Counted from the stretch's first letter, positions 9,736 to 20,636 are shown. The stretch: 64,000 nt of DNA from Sneathiella sp. (GCF_041689005.1 NZ_JBDNHC010000106.1:7996-71995), one strand, 5' to 3'. Notes: generated by a model from the letters alone, not told the origin. Numbers and translations are program-made.

Positions 9736-10776
9736 TCACGTAGACGTCTCATCGCTGATGACTGCCTGCAAATGACCAACAATGATATCATTTCGATTGC
9801 GCAATACTGGCCGTACGTACGGATCGATAACTTTATGCATATCATCGGTGAGAACGCCGAGATCATCCAGCAGCGCGCCAAGGGCGACTTCCGCTGCCCG
9901 GGTTGTGCCATCAAGCGCCTTTATCGCAATACCGAGGCCCTCATCCGGCAACGCCGCCAGATACACGGCTTCCGCGCCGACCTTGGCCACAACCTTACCC
10001 TTGGCAACGCCGTTCAGCGCCGTGCAAAGGCGGTCAGAACCGGCGATCATGTCGGGATGATGGGAAATCGCCTTTTGTATACGCCGGCAGGCCGCCGCCC
10101 GATCCGTGTCCAGACGGGACGGATCGGCAAAACGTGCGAAGGCAAGCGCCGCCTTGTCCAGCGGCACCCCGATTGTTGGAATGGAGCAGCCGTCAATGCC
10201 GATTGGGGCATCGGTGAGGTCAATGCCGGTGAAGTCCTCAAGGACCTTGATGATCCGTTGCTGCACCGGATGAGCGAGATTAATGTAGCCTTTCGTCCCC
10301 TCCTTCATATGAAGGGCTGTCGTGAGAAATCCTGTGTGCTTGCCGGAGCAATTATTATGGGCGGACGTCGGCTGTTTGCCAGCGGCGGCGAGGGCGCGCC
10401 CGGCGACTTCATAGGTGGGCCAATGCACCCCACACTCCAGATCGTCGATCGAGAGTCCCATACGGCTCAGCCATGCCTGCACCGCGTCAACATGGAGTGG
10501 CTCACCGGTATGGGAGGCGCAGGCGAGTGACAATTCCTTCTCGCTCACGTTAAACGCATCCGCCGCCCCGGTTTCCACAAGCTGCAATGCCTGCAGTGGC
10601 TTGATGGCGGAGCGTAAGTACACCGGACTTTCAATATCGCCCCAGCTTTTGAGATATTTCCCGTTCGCATCCGATATGGCGGCGATGACCTGATGACGGC
10701 TTTCAACCATGTTGCCGCGTGTCACCGTCACGGTAAAAGGAAGCCTTGCGAAATCGCCGGAGGAATGTTTAATCAT
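9736..10776 (-). CDS. Asparaginase (Rhizobium-type asparaginase II family)
   Basis: 346 aa. VESRHQ...LRSAIKPLQAL.LVETGAAD...LACASHTGEPLHV resembles the conserved blocks of PF06089-type asparaginases. Confidence 0.7.
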   Translation of the reverse strand: MIKHSSGDFARLPFTVTVTRGNMVESRHQVIAAISDANGKYLKSWGDIESPVYLRSAIKPLQALQLVETGAADAFNVSEKELSLACASHTGEPLHVDAVQAWLSRMGLSIDDLECGVHWPTYEVAGRALAAAGKQPTSAHNNCSGKHTGFLTTALHMKEGTKGYINLAHPVQQRIIKVLEDFTGIDLTDAPIGIDGCSIPTIGVPLDKAALAFARFADPSRLDTDRAAACRRIQKAISHHPDMIAGSDRLCTALNGVAKGKVVAKVGAEAVYLAALPDEGLGIAIKALDGTTRAAEVALGALLDDLGVLTDDMHKVIDPYVRPVLRNRNDIIVGHLQAVISDETST

Positions 10777-10849
10777 GCTTTCATCCGTAAGTCTGGTATT
10801 CGGTAGGATCGACTTTTAACAGTAAATTGATCGGGGGAGTAGGAATTTA

Positions 10850-11389
10850 ATGGCAATATCCCGCGGATATTTCGGCATTGGCGTCGAAGGGATCAGCAAA
10901 CCCATGAACGCGGGCAACCTGTTCCGCACGGCAAATGCGTTCGGGGCCAGCTTCGTTTTCACCATCGGGGCAGAATACTCTGTCCGGAAGGCGCGGTCGG
11001 ACACCAGTGTCGCGCCGAATAATATTCCCTGGTATGATTATGGCACATTGGACGAGATGCAATTACCGAAAGGCTGCAAGATCGTCGGTGTTGAGCTTCT
11101 TGACGAAGCCATTGAACTTCCGAGTTTCTTCCATCCCATCGCCGCCGCCTATGTTCTGGGCCGCGAGCGCGGCTCGCTATCGCCGGAGATGCAGAAAAAA
11201 TGTGACTACTTCATCAAAATTCCGACAAAGTTCTGTCTGAATGTTGCAACCGCAGGGGCAATTGTTATGTATGACAGAGTGGTCACCCATGGTCGATTTG
11301 CCCAGCGCCCGAGCGGAGAGCTCGGCAAACCCATCCCACTGGCGGATCATGTGCAGGGGGCACCGATCAAACGGCGAGGGATCGACTGA
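10850..11389 (+). CDS. SpoU/TrmH-family RNA methyltransferase
   Basis: 179 aa. GIGVEGISKPMNAGNLFRTANAFGA and the C-terminal IPT....LNVATAGAIVMYD are SPOUT motifs. Confidence 0.7.
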   Translation: MAISRGYFGIGVEGISKPMNAGNLFRTANAFGASFVFTIGAEYSVRKARSDTSVAPNNIPWYDYGTLDEMQLPKGCKIVGVELLDEAIELPSFFHPIAAAYVLGRERGSLSPEMQKKCDYFIKIPTKFCLNVATAGAIVMYDRVVTHGRFAQRPSGELGKPIPLADHVQGAPIKRRGID

Positions 11390-11496
11390 TACAACGACAC
11401 GCGATGACGAGGTGAATTTTTTTAATGACTCAAAATATGGTAAAATCGATTAATCGGGGACTGGAAATAAAGTTACAACCCCGGTACTCTGTTCTT

Positions 11497-12015
11497 ATGT
11501 TCAAACTTTCCGTAACTGTTTTTTTGGCGGCGTTCGCAGTTTTTTCCAGTATGGGCCCGGCACTGGCCCAGCAAAAGGAGCCCCGGGCTCTCGGAACGTT
11601 CAAGGATTGGCTCGCCTATAGCTGGGTCGAGAACGGGCATAAGGTCTGCTATATGCTGTCGCGGCCAACCAAATCGACGCCCCAGAATGTCAATCGCGAC
11701 GATATTTATCTGATGGTGACCTTTCGCCCGCAATCTAAATCCAAGGAAGAAGTTAGCCATATCGCCGGATATCCCTACAAGGACCAATCCACAGTCGATA
11801 TCGCCGTCGGTAATAGCACATTTGTTCTGGCAACAAATAATGATGTCGCCTGGGTCCCCGAGAATGAAAGTGACGAGAAACTTGTTCGCGCCATGCGCAG
11901 CGGGGCAAAACTCGTCGTCACGGGAAAGTCAGAGCGCGGCACTGTGACAACCGATACATACTCCCTGCAGGGGTTCACTGCCGCGCATCGGCAGATTAGA
12001 AAAAGCTGTACTTGA
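11497..12015 (+). CDS. Invasion-associated locus B (IalB) family periplasmic protein
   Basis: Signal peptide MFKLSVTVFLAAFAVFSSMGPALAQQ, then the IalB-like pattern FKDW.AY......KVCYM. Start set at the ATG that begins the signal peptide. Confidence 0.65.
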   Translation: MFKLSVTVFLAAFAVFSSMGPALAQQKEPRALGTFKDWLAYSWVENGHKVCYMLSRPTKSTPQNVNRDDIYLMVTFRPQSKSKEEVSHIAGYPYKDQSTVDIAVGNSTFVLATNNDVAWVPENESDEKLVRAMRSGAKLVVTGKSERGTVTTDTYSLQGFTAAHRQIRKSCT

Positions 12016-12065
12016 CCCCCTTGCGAAGAGTATAAGCCCCTTTTTTACACGAGATTGAAAGTTCA

Positions 12066-13220
12066 ATGGATCATTTGCTTCCAGATGTCGAGGCCGTGGA
12101 TCGCCAGCCCGAATTGCTGGCCATCCGCAAGAGCCTGATCGGCCTTACCCGCGACGAGATTGCGGACGCCCTGGTGGCTGCCGGCGAGAGCGCGAAGCCT
12201 GCAAAAATGCGGGCGCGACAATTATTTCACTGGCTGTATTACCGGGGTGCCAGCAACTTTGACGACATGACCTCAATCTCGAAGGAGATGCGCGCACGCC
12301 TGCCTGAAAATTTTACGGCCGCTCGGCCGGAAATTACCTCATTGCAGGAATCCGTTGATGGTACTCGCAAATGGCTAGTGAAATTCCCTGATGGGCAGGA
12401 AGTTGAAAGCGTCCATATTCCTGAAGAGGACCGCGGCGCCCTCTGCGTGTCCAGCCAGGTCGGCTGCACGCTGACCTGCAGTTTCTGCCATACCGGCACG
12501 ATGAAACTTGTCCGCAACCTGACCGCAGGCGAGATCATTGCCCAGTTACTGGTTGCCCGCGATACCATCAATGAATGGCCAAGCCCCAAGGGCAACCGAA
12601 TGATCTCGAATATTGTGATGATGGGCATGGGAGAGCCGCTGCTCAACTATGACAATGTCGCCAAAGCGATTAAAATCATGATGGACGGGGAAGGTATTTC
12701 CCTGTCAAAGCGGCGGATAACCCTCTCGACGTCAGGCGTTGTGCCAAAAATTCGTCAATGCGGAACAGACCTCGGCGTTAATCTCGCCATTTCCCTGCAC
12801 GCGGTCAATAATGAGCTGCGCGACACATTGGTGCCCATCAACAAACGCTATCCGCTCGAAGAGCTGCTGCAGGCTTGCAAGGAATATCCGGGCAGCAATA
12901 ACGCGCGGCGAATCACTTTCGAATATGTCATGCTTGACGGCATCAATGACAGCCCGGCAGATGCCCGCGAACTGGTGCGGTTGCTGAAAGACATTCCGGC
13001 CAAGGTCAACCTGATCCCGTTCAATCCCTGGCCCGGCACCAAGTATGAATGCTCCAGCAACAACGCCATTCACCGCTTCGCCAAAATCGTCAATGACGCC
13101 GGTTATTCCTCTCCGGTCCGTGTGCCGCGGGGCCGCGATATCATGGCCGCCTGCGGACAACTGAAATCCGAGAGCACGAAACAACGCGCCTCTGAGCGCC
13201 AATCCGTCTCTGCCGCCTAA
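12066..13220 (+). CDS. rlmN: 23S rRNA/tRNA (adenine-C2)-methyltransferase, radical SAM
   Basis: 384 aa with the CxxxCxxC cluster ([12 protein letters not shown]), GMGEPL, and a C-terminal catalytic Cys (AACGQL). Confidence 0.9.
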   Translation: MDHLLPDVEAVDRQPELLAIRKSLIGLTRDEIADALVAAGESAKPAKMRARQLFHWLYYRGASNFDDMTSISKEMRARLPENFTAARPEITSLQESVDGTRKWLVKFPDGQEVESVHIPEEDRGALCVSSQVGCTLTCSFCHTGTMKLVRNLTAGEIIAQLLVARDTINEWPSPKGNRMISNIVMMGMGEPLLNYDNVAKAIKIMMDGEGISLSKRRITLSTSGVVPKIRQCGTDLGVNLAISLHAVNNELRDTLVPINKRYPLEELLQACKEYPGSNNARRITFEYVMLDGINDSPADARELVRLLKDIPAKVNLIPFNPWPGTKYECSSNNAIHRFAKIVNDAGYSSPVRVPRGRDIMAACGQLKSESTKQRASERQSVSAA

Positions 13221-13226
13221 CGAAGC

Positions 13227-13697
13227 TTATAACGGGAGCTGCATGGTAATACTGGTTGGCCGGTTATAGCCCTTATGCGCCGTAGTGCCGGCCTGCGCGA
13301 AGCCGCGGCGGCGAAAGAAGTCATGAACTTCGACAAGTTCAATGCGTGACTGCAATTCAATCCGTTTTTTCCCCTCTGCCCGGCAAAGATCAATAGCGTA
13401 ATTCACAAGGGCAATCCCGATGCCGGATTTCTGGCCCTCGCGGCGAACCGCGAGCTTGCCAAGATACATCGTCTCACCAAGGTCTTTCAGGAAGCAGCAT
13501 CCGACAAGCCTGTCACCGTCATAGGCTAGAAGAACGATTTCCTCCGCCGCTTTTTGGATGATCGTCGTTTCGTTCAGCAAATGCAGGGATGACGGCGGGT
13601 CGATCCGTGCCTCCATATAGGCGAAGGCTTCGAACAGGAGCGACAGCAATCCTTGCCAGTCCTCAAACTTCTCCGCTTTTATTGCAACCGTCAGCAT
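13227..13697 (-). CDS. GNAT-family N-acetyltransferase
   Basis: 156 aa with the acetyl-CoA-binding motif A, RREGQKSGIGIALV. Confidence 0.75.
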   Translation of the reverse strand: MLTVAIKAEKFEDWQGLLSLLFEAFAYMEARIDPPSSLHLLNETTIIQKAAEEIVLLAYDGDRLVGCCFLKDLGETMYLGKLAVRREGQKSGIGIALVNYAIDLCRAEGKKRIELQSRIELVEVHDFFRRRGFAQAGTTAHKGYNRPTSITMQLPL

Positions 13698-13728
13698 TAT
13701 GCCCCCACCATAACCTACCGGAGAGTTT

Positions 13729-14901
13729 TCATCCCTTTTTCATCGCCGTAAAGCGTTTCTTGAAGAGATGGGCGAGCATGCCAAACACCAGCCCCCAAAA
13801 GGGCGCAGCGATGGAAAGCAGCGTCATACCCGACGCGGTAATCAGGAACGTCAGGATTGCGGCCTCCCGTCCCTCCTCGTCATTGAGGGCACCATGCAGG
13901 CTGTTGGCAATGGTCGCGAGCAGCGCGAGACCGGCGATCGCCATGATGAGAGACGCCGGAAAAGCCGTAAAAAGCTCCGTGATCGTCGCGCCGAACAGCC
14001 CGGCGAGACAAAAGAAAATCCCCATCCAGAGGCTGGCCGGATAGCGCTTTGCAGGATCTGGATGAACATCCGGGCTCATGCAGATAGCTGCCGTGATGGC
14101 CGCAAGATTGAAGGCAAAGCCCCCGAAAGGCGCGAGGATAAGGCCGATGATGCCGGTCCAGCTGATGATTGGCGAGGCAGGTGCGTCATATCCATGAGTA
14201 CGGAGTGCGGCAACGCCGGGGACGTTCTGTGAGGCCATTGTCACAATGAAAAGCGGGATGCCGACACCAATCAGGCTCGTCCAGTCAAAGGCGGGCATGA
14301 CAAAGACCGGTGTCGTCAGGGTGAGGTCTAGCTGGAAATCCGTGATCATTCCGGTAAAGGCCGCCATGAGGATACCGGCGAGGAACGTGAGCGGAATAAC
14401 GTAGCGGGGCGTCAATTGCCGCGCCACGATATAGACGAGCAACATAACGATTACGAGACTGAAGTCATTTTCCATCGCCACAAAAGCATCGAGGCCGAAG
14501 CGCAACAGCACTGCCGCCAGCAGCGCCGCCGCCATCGATTGCGGCATGACATCCATGATCTTGCGAAACAGCCCGGTCAGGCCGCAAAGCGTAATGAGGA
14601 GCGAGCTGAACAGGAAGACGCCAATCGCTTCGTTCAGCGAGAGGCCCGGCAGGCTGGTGACCAGCAAGGCCGCCCCCGGTGTCGACCAGGCAATGGAAAC
14701 CGGCTGGCGATACCAGAGCGTGAGCGAGATGGTGCCGACCCCCATGCCAACCCCGAGGGCCCAGAGCCAGGAACTGATCTCCGCGGTTGAGGCCCCGGCC
14801 GCGTTGGCCGCCTGGAAAATGATTGCCCCCGCCCCGGCGTAGCCGATAAGAACGGAAACAAACCCGGCGGAGATATAGGCGGGCGCGAAAAACCGGAACA
14901 T
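13729..14901 (-). CDS. benE: Benzoate/H+ symporter family transporter (BenE)
   Basis: 390-aa polytopic protein. N-terminus ...ISAGFVSVLIGYAGAGAIIFQAA and overall architecture are typical of BenE. Confidence 0.75.
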   Translation of the reverse strand: MFRFFAPAYISAGFVSVLIGYAGAGAIIFQAANAAGASTAEISSWLWALGVGMGVGTISLTLWYRQPVSIAWSTPGAALLVTSLPGLSLNEAIGVFLFSSLLITLCGLTGLFRKIMDVMPQSMAAALLAAVLLRFGLDAFVAMENDFSLVIVMLLVYIVARQLTPRYVIPLTFLAGILMAAFTGMITDFQLDLTLTTPVFVMPAFDWTSLIGVGIPLFIVTMASQNVPGVAALRTHGYDAPASPIISWTGIIGLILAPFGGFAFNLAAITAAICMSPDVHPDPAKRYPASLWMGIFFCLAGLFGATITELFTAFPASLIMAIAGLALLATIANSLHGALNDEEGREAAILTFLITASGMTLLSIAAPFWGLVFGMLAHLFKKRFTAMKKG

Positions 14902-14999
14902 TTGATCTATCCTTGGGCCGAATATGCGTTATAACGTACAAGCGGCGGCAGCATAACATCTGTATGCTATAACGCACAAGACCGAATTTTGAGGCCTGA

Positions 15000-15566
15000 A
15001 TGCAAGATCCGAACGATCATCTTCCCCGCACTCTGAAGTCCATCCGCAAGGACCGTGGATGGAGTCTGGATGCGGCCGCGGAGGCAACCGGAGTGAGCAA
15101 GGCCATGCTCGGCCAGATCGAGCGCGGGGAATCAAGCCCGACCATGGCGACCTTATGGAAACTTGCGACCGGCTTCGAGGTTTCGGTATCCTCGCTGATT
15201 GAGCCGCTGCCGGCGGGCGCCGATAATACGCTTGTTCGCTCTGCCGACGCCTTGCGCCAGAATCCAGGTGAAAAGGGCATGGCGGTCGCCCCGCTCTTCC
15301 CATTTGAGGCCCGCTTTGGCTTTGAATATATGGAACTCACGTTTCTGCCGGGCTACGAACGGATCTCGGAACCGCATGAGTCCGGCGTGGTCGAATATAT
15401 TACCGTTCTATCTGGCGAAATGGAAATTTACACCGACGCCGCCTGGCAGGCACTCGGCCCTGGGCATTCCATCCGCTTTCGGGGTGATGCCCCGCACGGC
15501 TATCGCAACCCAGGGAGTGAGGACGCGGTCGTGCTCACGATTATCCACTATCCCCACCGGTCGTAG
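15000..15566 (+). CDS. XRE-family HTH transcriptional regulator with C-terminal cupin domain
   Basis: N-terminal HTH (GWSLDAAAEATGVSKAMLGQIERGESSPT) and a C-terminal cupin (GD.PHGYRN). Divergent from benE. Confidence 0.8.
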   Translation: MQDPNDHLPRTLKSIRKDRGWSLDAAAEATGVSKAMLGQIERGESSPTMATLWKLATGFEVSVSSLIEPLPAGADNTLVRSADALRQNPGEKGMAVAPLFPFEARFGFEYMELTFLPGYERISEPHESGVVEYITVLSGEMEIYTDAAWQALGPGHSIRFRGDAPHGYRNPGSEDAVVLTIIHYPHRS

Positions 15567-15736
15567 CGACGTTCAGACGACAAACTTGCGCGAGGAGATA
15601 CAGCCCAAGCGGCAGGACGCCCGAAAAAAGAACATAAAACCTTACCATTCTGCCCCTTGCAGGACGCGTCATTTTCACTTAGGTTGCGCGCTGCAAATTG
15701 AGACACAAAACAGATTCCCATCAGAAAGTGTTTGTC

Positions 15737-16945
15737 ATGTCAAAAGACATCAAGAAAGTCGTTCTGGCCTACTCCGGGGGCCTCGATACCTCTGTGATCC
15801 TGAAATGGCTGCAAACCACCTATAACTGTGAGGTTGTCACCTTCACCGCAGACCTTGGGCAGGGAGAAGAGCTGGAACCCGCGCGGGCCAAGGCAGAAAT
15901 GATGGGAATCAAGCAAATTTTTGTTGATGACCTGCGCGAGGAGTTCGTTCGCGATTTTGTCTTCCCGATGTTCCGCGCCAATGCGGTTTATGAGGGACAG
16001 TATCTTCTCGGCACGGCCATCGCCCGCCCGCTGATCTCCAAACGGCAGATCGAGATTGCGCGCGAGGTCGGCGCCGATGCCGTCGCCCATGGCGCCACCG
16101 GCAAGGGTAATGACCAGGTCCGGTTTGAGCTGGGCTATTATGCACTCAATCCCGATATCAAGGTGATTGCGCCGTGGCGCGAGTGGGACTTGAATTCGCG
16201 CACCAAACTCATCGAATTCGCCGAGAAAAACCAGATCCCGATCCCGAAAGACAAGCGCGGCGAGGCGCCCTTCTCTGTCGATGCCAACCTGCTGCATATC
16301 TCGGCTGAGGGCAAGGCGCTGGAAGACCCGTGGGAGGAAGCGGGTGAGTATGTCTATACCCGCACTGTCGCCCCGGAGAATGCCCCCGATATTGCCACCT
16401 ATATCGAGATTGAATATGAAAAAGGCGATCCTGTCGCCCTCAATGGCAAGCGCCTATCCCCCGCCGAAATGCTGACCGCGCTTAACAAGGTTGCGGGTGC
16501 CAACGGCATCGGGCGGCTTGATCTGGTGGAAGGCCGCTTTGTCGGTATGAAATCCCGCGGGATTTACGAGACACCCGGCGGTACGATCATGCTCGAAGCC
16601 CATCGCGGGATCGAGCAGATCACGCTTGACCGCGGCGCCATGCATTTAAAAGATGAGCTGATGCCGCGCTATGCTGAATTGATCTATAACGGCCTCTGGT
16701 TCTCACCGGAGCGCGAAATGCTGCAGGAACTGATTAATAAAAGCCAAGAGAAAGTCTCTGGCACCGTTCGCCTGAAACTCTTCAAGGGCCGGGCCAGCGT
16801 TGTCGGCCGCAAGAGCCCTTATTCGCTCTATTCCATGGAGCATGTAACGTTCGAGGAAGACACCGTCTACGACCAGCGCGATGCCGAGGGCTTCATCAAG
16901 CTTAATGCCCTGCGCCTGCGCCTGTTACATCGGCAGAAAACATAG
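15737..16945 (+). CDS. argG: Argininosuccinate synthase
   Basis: The [12 protein letters not shown] pyrophosphatase motif and [13 protein letters not shown] are unambiguous. Start set at [15 protein letters not shown]. Confidence 0.95.
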   Translation: MSKDIKKVVLAYSGGLDTSVILKWLQTTYNCEVVTFTADLGQGEELEPARAKAEMMGIKQIFVDDLREEFVRDFVFPMFRANAVYEGQYLLGTAIARPLISKRQIEIAREVGADAVAHGATGKGNDQVRFELGYYALNPDIKVIAPWREWDLNSRTKLIEFAEKNQIPIPKDKRGEAPFSVDANLLHISAEGKALEDPWEEAGEYVYTRTVAPENAPDIATYIEIEYEKGDPVALNGKRLSPAEMLTALNKVAGANGIGRLDLVEGRFVGMKSRGIYETPGGTIMLEAHRGIEQITLDRGAMHLKDELMPRYAELIYNGLWFSPEREMLQELINKSQEKVSGTVRLKLFKGRASVVGRKSPYSLYSMEHVTFEEDTVYDQRDAEGFIKLNALRLRLLHRQKT

Positions 16946-16949
16946 GGTT

Positions 16950-17216
16950 TCAGGGGCGCAGGTCTGTTCCTGGATCATCGTTGTCTTCGAAGTCAGGAAC
17001 CTCTTCCACGTAAGGGATAAGCTGGTCCTTGATAAACAGGCCGCCTGAAAACAGGCCGCCCGTGAGCGCACCAAGGGCCATGATGGTCGGCGCGGTGGGC
17101 ACCCATCCCGTGTTCCAGCCAAGACTGAAGCTGTTGATCGCGAGCATAAGCCCGGCGGCGGGCAGGGCCACGAAGATAATGGAAAAAACAATTCCCACAA
17201 ACGCGCCGACGATCAC
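16950..17216 (-). CDS. Hypothetical small membrane protein (88 aa) with acidic C-terminal tail
   Basis: GTG-initiated ORF with two predicted TM helices and an EEVPDFEDNDDPG tail. No family recognised. Confidence 0.35.
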   Translation of the reverse strand: MIVGAFVGIVFSIIFVALPAAGLMLAINSFSLGWNTGWVPTAPTIMALGALTGGLFSGGLFIKDQLIPYVEEVPDFEDNDDPGTDLRP

Positions 17217-17282
17217 GGATTTAAAAAATTTCCGGATCAGATGCGGGGGAAATCTCCCAAAGTTTGGGGCATCTCGCGGGAT

Positions 17283-18167
17283 TTAAACCTCCGGCTCCGC
17301 AATTCCTGCCTGACGGCAGGCGGCGGTAATCGTATTGGCGAGCAGGCAGGCAACCGTCATCAGGCCAACCCCGCCCGGCACTGGCGTTATTGCACCCGCC
17401 ACGTCCATCGCCTCGGGGAAACACACGTCACCAACCAGCCTGGTCTTGCCATCCTCCTTCGGGATGCGGTTGATGCCGACGTCGATAACCGTGGCGCCGG
17501 GCTTGATCCAGTCGCCGCGGATCATTTCAGGGCGGCCAACGGCGGCCACCAGAATATCAGCGCGGCGGCAAACCCCGGCTAAGTCTCTGGTCCGGGAATG
17601 CGCAATGGTCACCGTGCAATTCTGCGCCAGCAGCAGACTTGCCATTGGCTTGCCGACGATATTGGACCGCCCGACAACCACAGCCTCAAGACCGGACAGG
17701 TCGCCGAGTGTTTCTTTCAGCACTATCAAGCAGCCAAGCGGCGTACAGGGCACCATCGCGGGCAACCCAACAGCCTGCCGGCCCGTATTGATAACATGAA
17801 AACCATCAACGTCCTTCAGCGGATCGATGGCATCGAGCACCGCCATTTCATCAACCTGTTCGGGAAGCGGGAGCTGCACGAGGATCCCGTGGATTGTCGG
17901 ATCGGCGTTCAGGCGATGGACAACCTCCATAACCTCGGCCTCCGTCGCCGTCGTCTCAAGACGGATTTCTTCGGACTTCATGCCCGCTTCCGTCGTTGCG
18001 ATCCCCTTGTTGCGGACATATACCCGGCTGGTAGGATCGTCCCCGACCAGGACCACCGCGAGACCCGGCGTCAATCCGTGATCAGCCTGAAGCATCGCCA
18101 CCTGTTTTCCGGCCTTTTCCCGTACGCGCGCCGAAAAGATTTTTCCGTCAATAATATCCGCCGTCAT
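17283..18167 (-). CDS. folD: Bifunctional methylenetetrahydrofolate dehydrogenase / methenyltetrahydrofolate cyclohydrolase
   Basis: 294 aa with [21 protein letters not shown] and [10 protein letters not shown] motifs. Confidence 0.95.
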   Translation of the reverse strand: MTADIIDGKIFSARVREKAGKQVAMLQADHGLTPGLAVVLVGDDPTSRVYVRNKGIATTEAGMKSEEIRLETTATEAEVMEVVHRLNADPTIHGILVQLPLPEQVDEMAVLDAIDPLKDVDGFHVINTGRQAVGLPAMVPCTPLGCLIVLKETLGDLSGLEAVVVGRSNIVGKPMASLLLAQNCTVTIAHSRTRDLAGVCRRADILVAAVGRPEMIRGDWIKPGATVIDVGINRIPKEDGKTRLVGDVCFPEAMDVAGAITPVPGGVGLMTVACLLANTITAACRQAGIAEPEV

Positions 18168-18194
18168 CCTTCTCCCCCTGACCGGACCGATTGG

Positions 18195-18512
18195 TCAAAT
18201 TGTCTTTATCCAGATTTCGAGATCCTGCCGCGTTTGTCGCTGGTCCCCGATGATCAACATAGTCTTATTGCGGTCCTGCCTGCCGGATACAATCTCAAAA
18301 TCCCGTTGCGGGCGCTTCATTGATTTCGACAGTAATTTGATCAGGAGCGAATTTGCACGGCCTTTTTCCGGCACCGCCGTCACCTTTATTTTCAGGCGCA
18401 GGCATCCTTCCCCGTCGGCAACGACCCCGTCGATCCGGTTCTGAGACGCGCCGGGCTGCAGCCGGATATCAAGGAGGCACCCGGCATCACTCGCCCGGAA
18501 CGGCAGAGTCAC
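18195..18512 (-). CDS. DUF167 (YggU) family protein
   Basis: L.IRLQPGAS...I.G........LKIKVTAVPEKGRAN..LIKLLSK matches the YggU signature. Its GTG start overlaps the yggT stop (GTGA). Confidence 0.75.
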   Translation of the reverse strand: MTLPFRASDAGCLLDIRLQPGASQNRIDGVVADGEGCLRLKIKVTAVPEKGRANSLLIKLLSKSMKRPQRDFEIVSGRQDRNKTMLIIGDQRQTRQDLEIWIKTI

Positions 18513-18796
18513 ACCATCCGCGGGACATACTCAAACATCAGATTCCGCAGGAAAATCAGCAGCAAAATCAGAATGATTGGCGAGACATCCAGCCCCCCCA
18601 TCGACGGAATAATCCTGCGAATCGGCCGTAACGGAGGCTCGGTGATCCGGTACAGGAACCTGCCGATCGTTGCGACAAATTGATTGCTGGTATTGACGAC
18701 ATTAAATGCCACCAGCCAGCTTAAGATTGCGTTGGCGATCAGCAGCCAGATAAAAATCTGAATCAGGGTGCTGATCAACCCAAGGAGAGCTAACAT
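18509..18796 (-). CDS. YggT-family membrane protein
   Basis: 95 aa, two TM helices, with IL.W....N.......F....T.P.L.P.RR.IP...G.D.SP, the YGGT repeat. Confidence 0.75.
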   Translation of the reverse strand: MLALLGLISTLIQIFIWLLIANAILSWLVAFNVVNTSNQFVATIGRFLYRITEPPLRPIRRIIPSMGGLDVSPIILILLLIFLRNLMFEYVPRMV

Positions 18797-18848
18797 ATTT
18801 ATACCTGCCCGGTTATCGATGCCCTACATTTAATGGTCTGAAATCGAG

Positions 18849-18892
18849 AGGGCAAGGCAAGACTGCAAATTCTTGCGATTTAGGCTTGCCCT
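18849..18892 (-). terminator. Candidate stem-loop downstream of the enoyl-CoA hydratase gene
   Basis: AGGGCAAG (18849-18856) pairs with CTTGCCCT (18885-18892), with an inner GCAAGA/TCTTGC stem. It lies 18 nt past the stop. Only a weak T-tract follows on the minus strand. Confidence 0.3.
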
Positions 18893-18909
18893 ATGTTGGC
18901 GCTCGCCCG

Positions 18910-19770
18910 CTATTTGAACTCCGGCTCTTCCCACCAAGGATAGAACTCCGGCATGTCCGTCGATGGTTTCATGCTGAATTTTGCCGGACGCTTTTCCAGG
19001 AAGGAACTTACCCCTTCCGCGACATCAGCGCTTTGTCCCATGGCAGTGATCCCACGGCTGTCGATCTTGTGGGCTTCCATCGGATGATCCGCCCCAAGCA
19101 TCCGCCACATCATCTGCCGGCAGAGCGCGACCGACACCGGCGCCGAGTCCACAATAAGCTCCTTCGCAAGGGCCCGTGCAGCCGCAAGCAGGTCGTCACT
19201 AGGATACACGGCTTTCACCAGCCCGCCCTTCAGGGCTTCCGCCGCCGGGAAAATTCGGCCCGAATACACCCATTCAGCGGCTTGTGAAATCCCGACCAGC
19301 CGCGGCAGGAACCAGCTGCTGCAGGCCTCCATCACAATCCCCCGGCGGGAGAAGACGAAACCAATCCGCGCCGTGTCAGAGGCAAGGCGGATATCCATCG
19401 GCAGGGTCATGGTGGCACCGATCCCGACGGCCGGCCCGTTAATCGCGCCGATGATCGGCTTTTTCGACCGGAACATCCGGAGAGTCACACGGCCACCGCC
19501 ATCCCGGTGCAATTCGCCTTCCTTCTCTTCCCCGCGCAATTTGTAATTAAAGGTATCCTTGCCTTTTTTAAGGTCCGCACCGGCGCAAAATGCTCGTCCC
19601 GCACCCGTTACAATAATTGCGCGCACCATATCGTCTTCATCCGCCTTGTCAAAGGCATCGATCAATTCTTCGCGCATAATGGGTGTAAAGGCGTTCAGAT
19701 TATCCGGCCTGTTAAGGGTAATGGTCAGGATCTGATCGTCAATGTCATAAAGAATATGTTCGTAGGGCAC
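18910..19770 (-). CDS. Enoyl-CoA hydratase/isomerase (crotonase) family protein
   Basis: 286 aa with the oxyanion-hole segments VTGAGRAFCAGADL and GPAVGIGATM. Confidence 0.8.
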   Translation of the reverse strand: MPYEHILYDIDDQILTITLNRPDNLNAFTPIMREELIDAFDKADEDDMVRAIIVTGAGRAFCAGADLKKGKDTFNYKLRGEEKEGELHRDGGGRVTLRMFRSKKPIIGAINGPAVGIGATMTLPMDIRLASDTARIGFVFSRRGIVMEACSSWFLPRLVGISQAAEWVYSGRIFPAAEALKGGLVKAVYPSDDLLAAARALAKELIVDSAPVSVALCRQMMWRMLGADHPMEAHKIDSRGITAMGQSADVAEGVSSFLEKRPAKFSMKPSTDMPEFYPWWEEPEFK

Positions 19771-19929
19771 GGGTTACCTCCGGTTATTATTATAATGCCC
19801 AATGCGGGCGGCTTGCTATGCTTCTGTGGTTATTCGGACCATAGGGTTTCCTATTGAATATACGAAGAAGTGGAATATGTTAACAAGGTTCTGCCGGACA
19901 TGGCTATCATATATTGGAAAGTCACCCTC

Positions 19930-20280
19930 ATGCCCAGAAATTCAGAAGAAACCATCCACGGCTATCACGCCCATATTTATTACAGCGCGGATACAAAAGA
20001 CATTGCAGCACAGGTCCGTGAGCAGTTAGGGGAGCAATTTGAGGTCACTCTGGGCCGGTGGCATGACCGCCCCGTCGGGCCGCATCCCACCTCCATGTAT
20101 CAGGTGATTTTCCCGGTCAGTGATTTTGGCAAGATTGTCCCCTGGCTGATGATTAATCGGCAAGGGCTGGATATCCTTGTGCATCCGGAAACCGGTGACG
20201 ACCTTGAAGACCATCAGTATAACGCCCTGTGGCTGGGGGAGAAACTGTCGCTTAACCTGGAAATGTTTAAGCAGGCATAA
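19930..20280 (+). CDS. DOPA 4,5-dioxygenase-like (DODA type, PF08883-like) protein
   Basis: HGYHAHIYY...GRWHDRPVGPHP...Q pattern. Start set at ATG 19930; the longest ORF starts at GTG 19870. Confidence 0.6.
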   Translation: MPRNSEETIHGYHAHIYYSADTKDIAAQVREQLGEQFEVTLGRWHDRPVGPHPTSMYQVIFPVSDFGKIVPWLMINRQGLDILVHPETGDDLEDHQYNALWLGEKLSLNLEMFKQA

Positions 20281-20312
20281 ACAACCACCGCCAGAGGCTG
20301 ATCCCTGGGTTT

Positions 20313-20636
20313 CTAGCTGTTGTCCTTGTTTTGATACGCCATATTGCAATGCTTGAGGCAATAGGGCTTGCTCGGCACGGCTTCGTCCCCGCAAAAATGA
20401 AAATGGGACTCGCCCGGATGACCAATGGGCCATTGACAGGCGCGATGCGCGGGAACGGTTTTCTTCTTCGGTTTGGCGACCGTCGGGGCCGATTTCGAAG
20501 AAAGGCCGAGCCGATTGGCTTTGCCAATCACAGCATTTCTGGTGACGTCGCCAAGGACTTCCGCGATCTCCGCCGCCGTCTTCCCGGAACCCCAGAGCTT
20601 TTTCAGTTTTTCAATACGTTCGTCAGTCCAACTCAT
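20313..20636 (-). CDS. gcrA: Cell-cycle transcriptional regulator GcrA (compact 107-aa form)
   Basis: N-terminal MSWTDERIEKLKKLWGSGKTAAEIAEVLG.VTRNAVIGKANRLGL and C-terminal CQWPIGHPGE..FHFCG....PSKPYC..H are the two GcrA hallmark blocks. Confidence 0.8.
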   Translation of the reverse strand: MSWTDERIEKLKKLWGSGKTAAEIAEVLGDVTRNAVIGKANRLGLSSKSAPTVAKPKKKTVPAHRACQWPIGHPGESHFHFCGDEAVPSKPYCLKHCNMAYQNKDNS

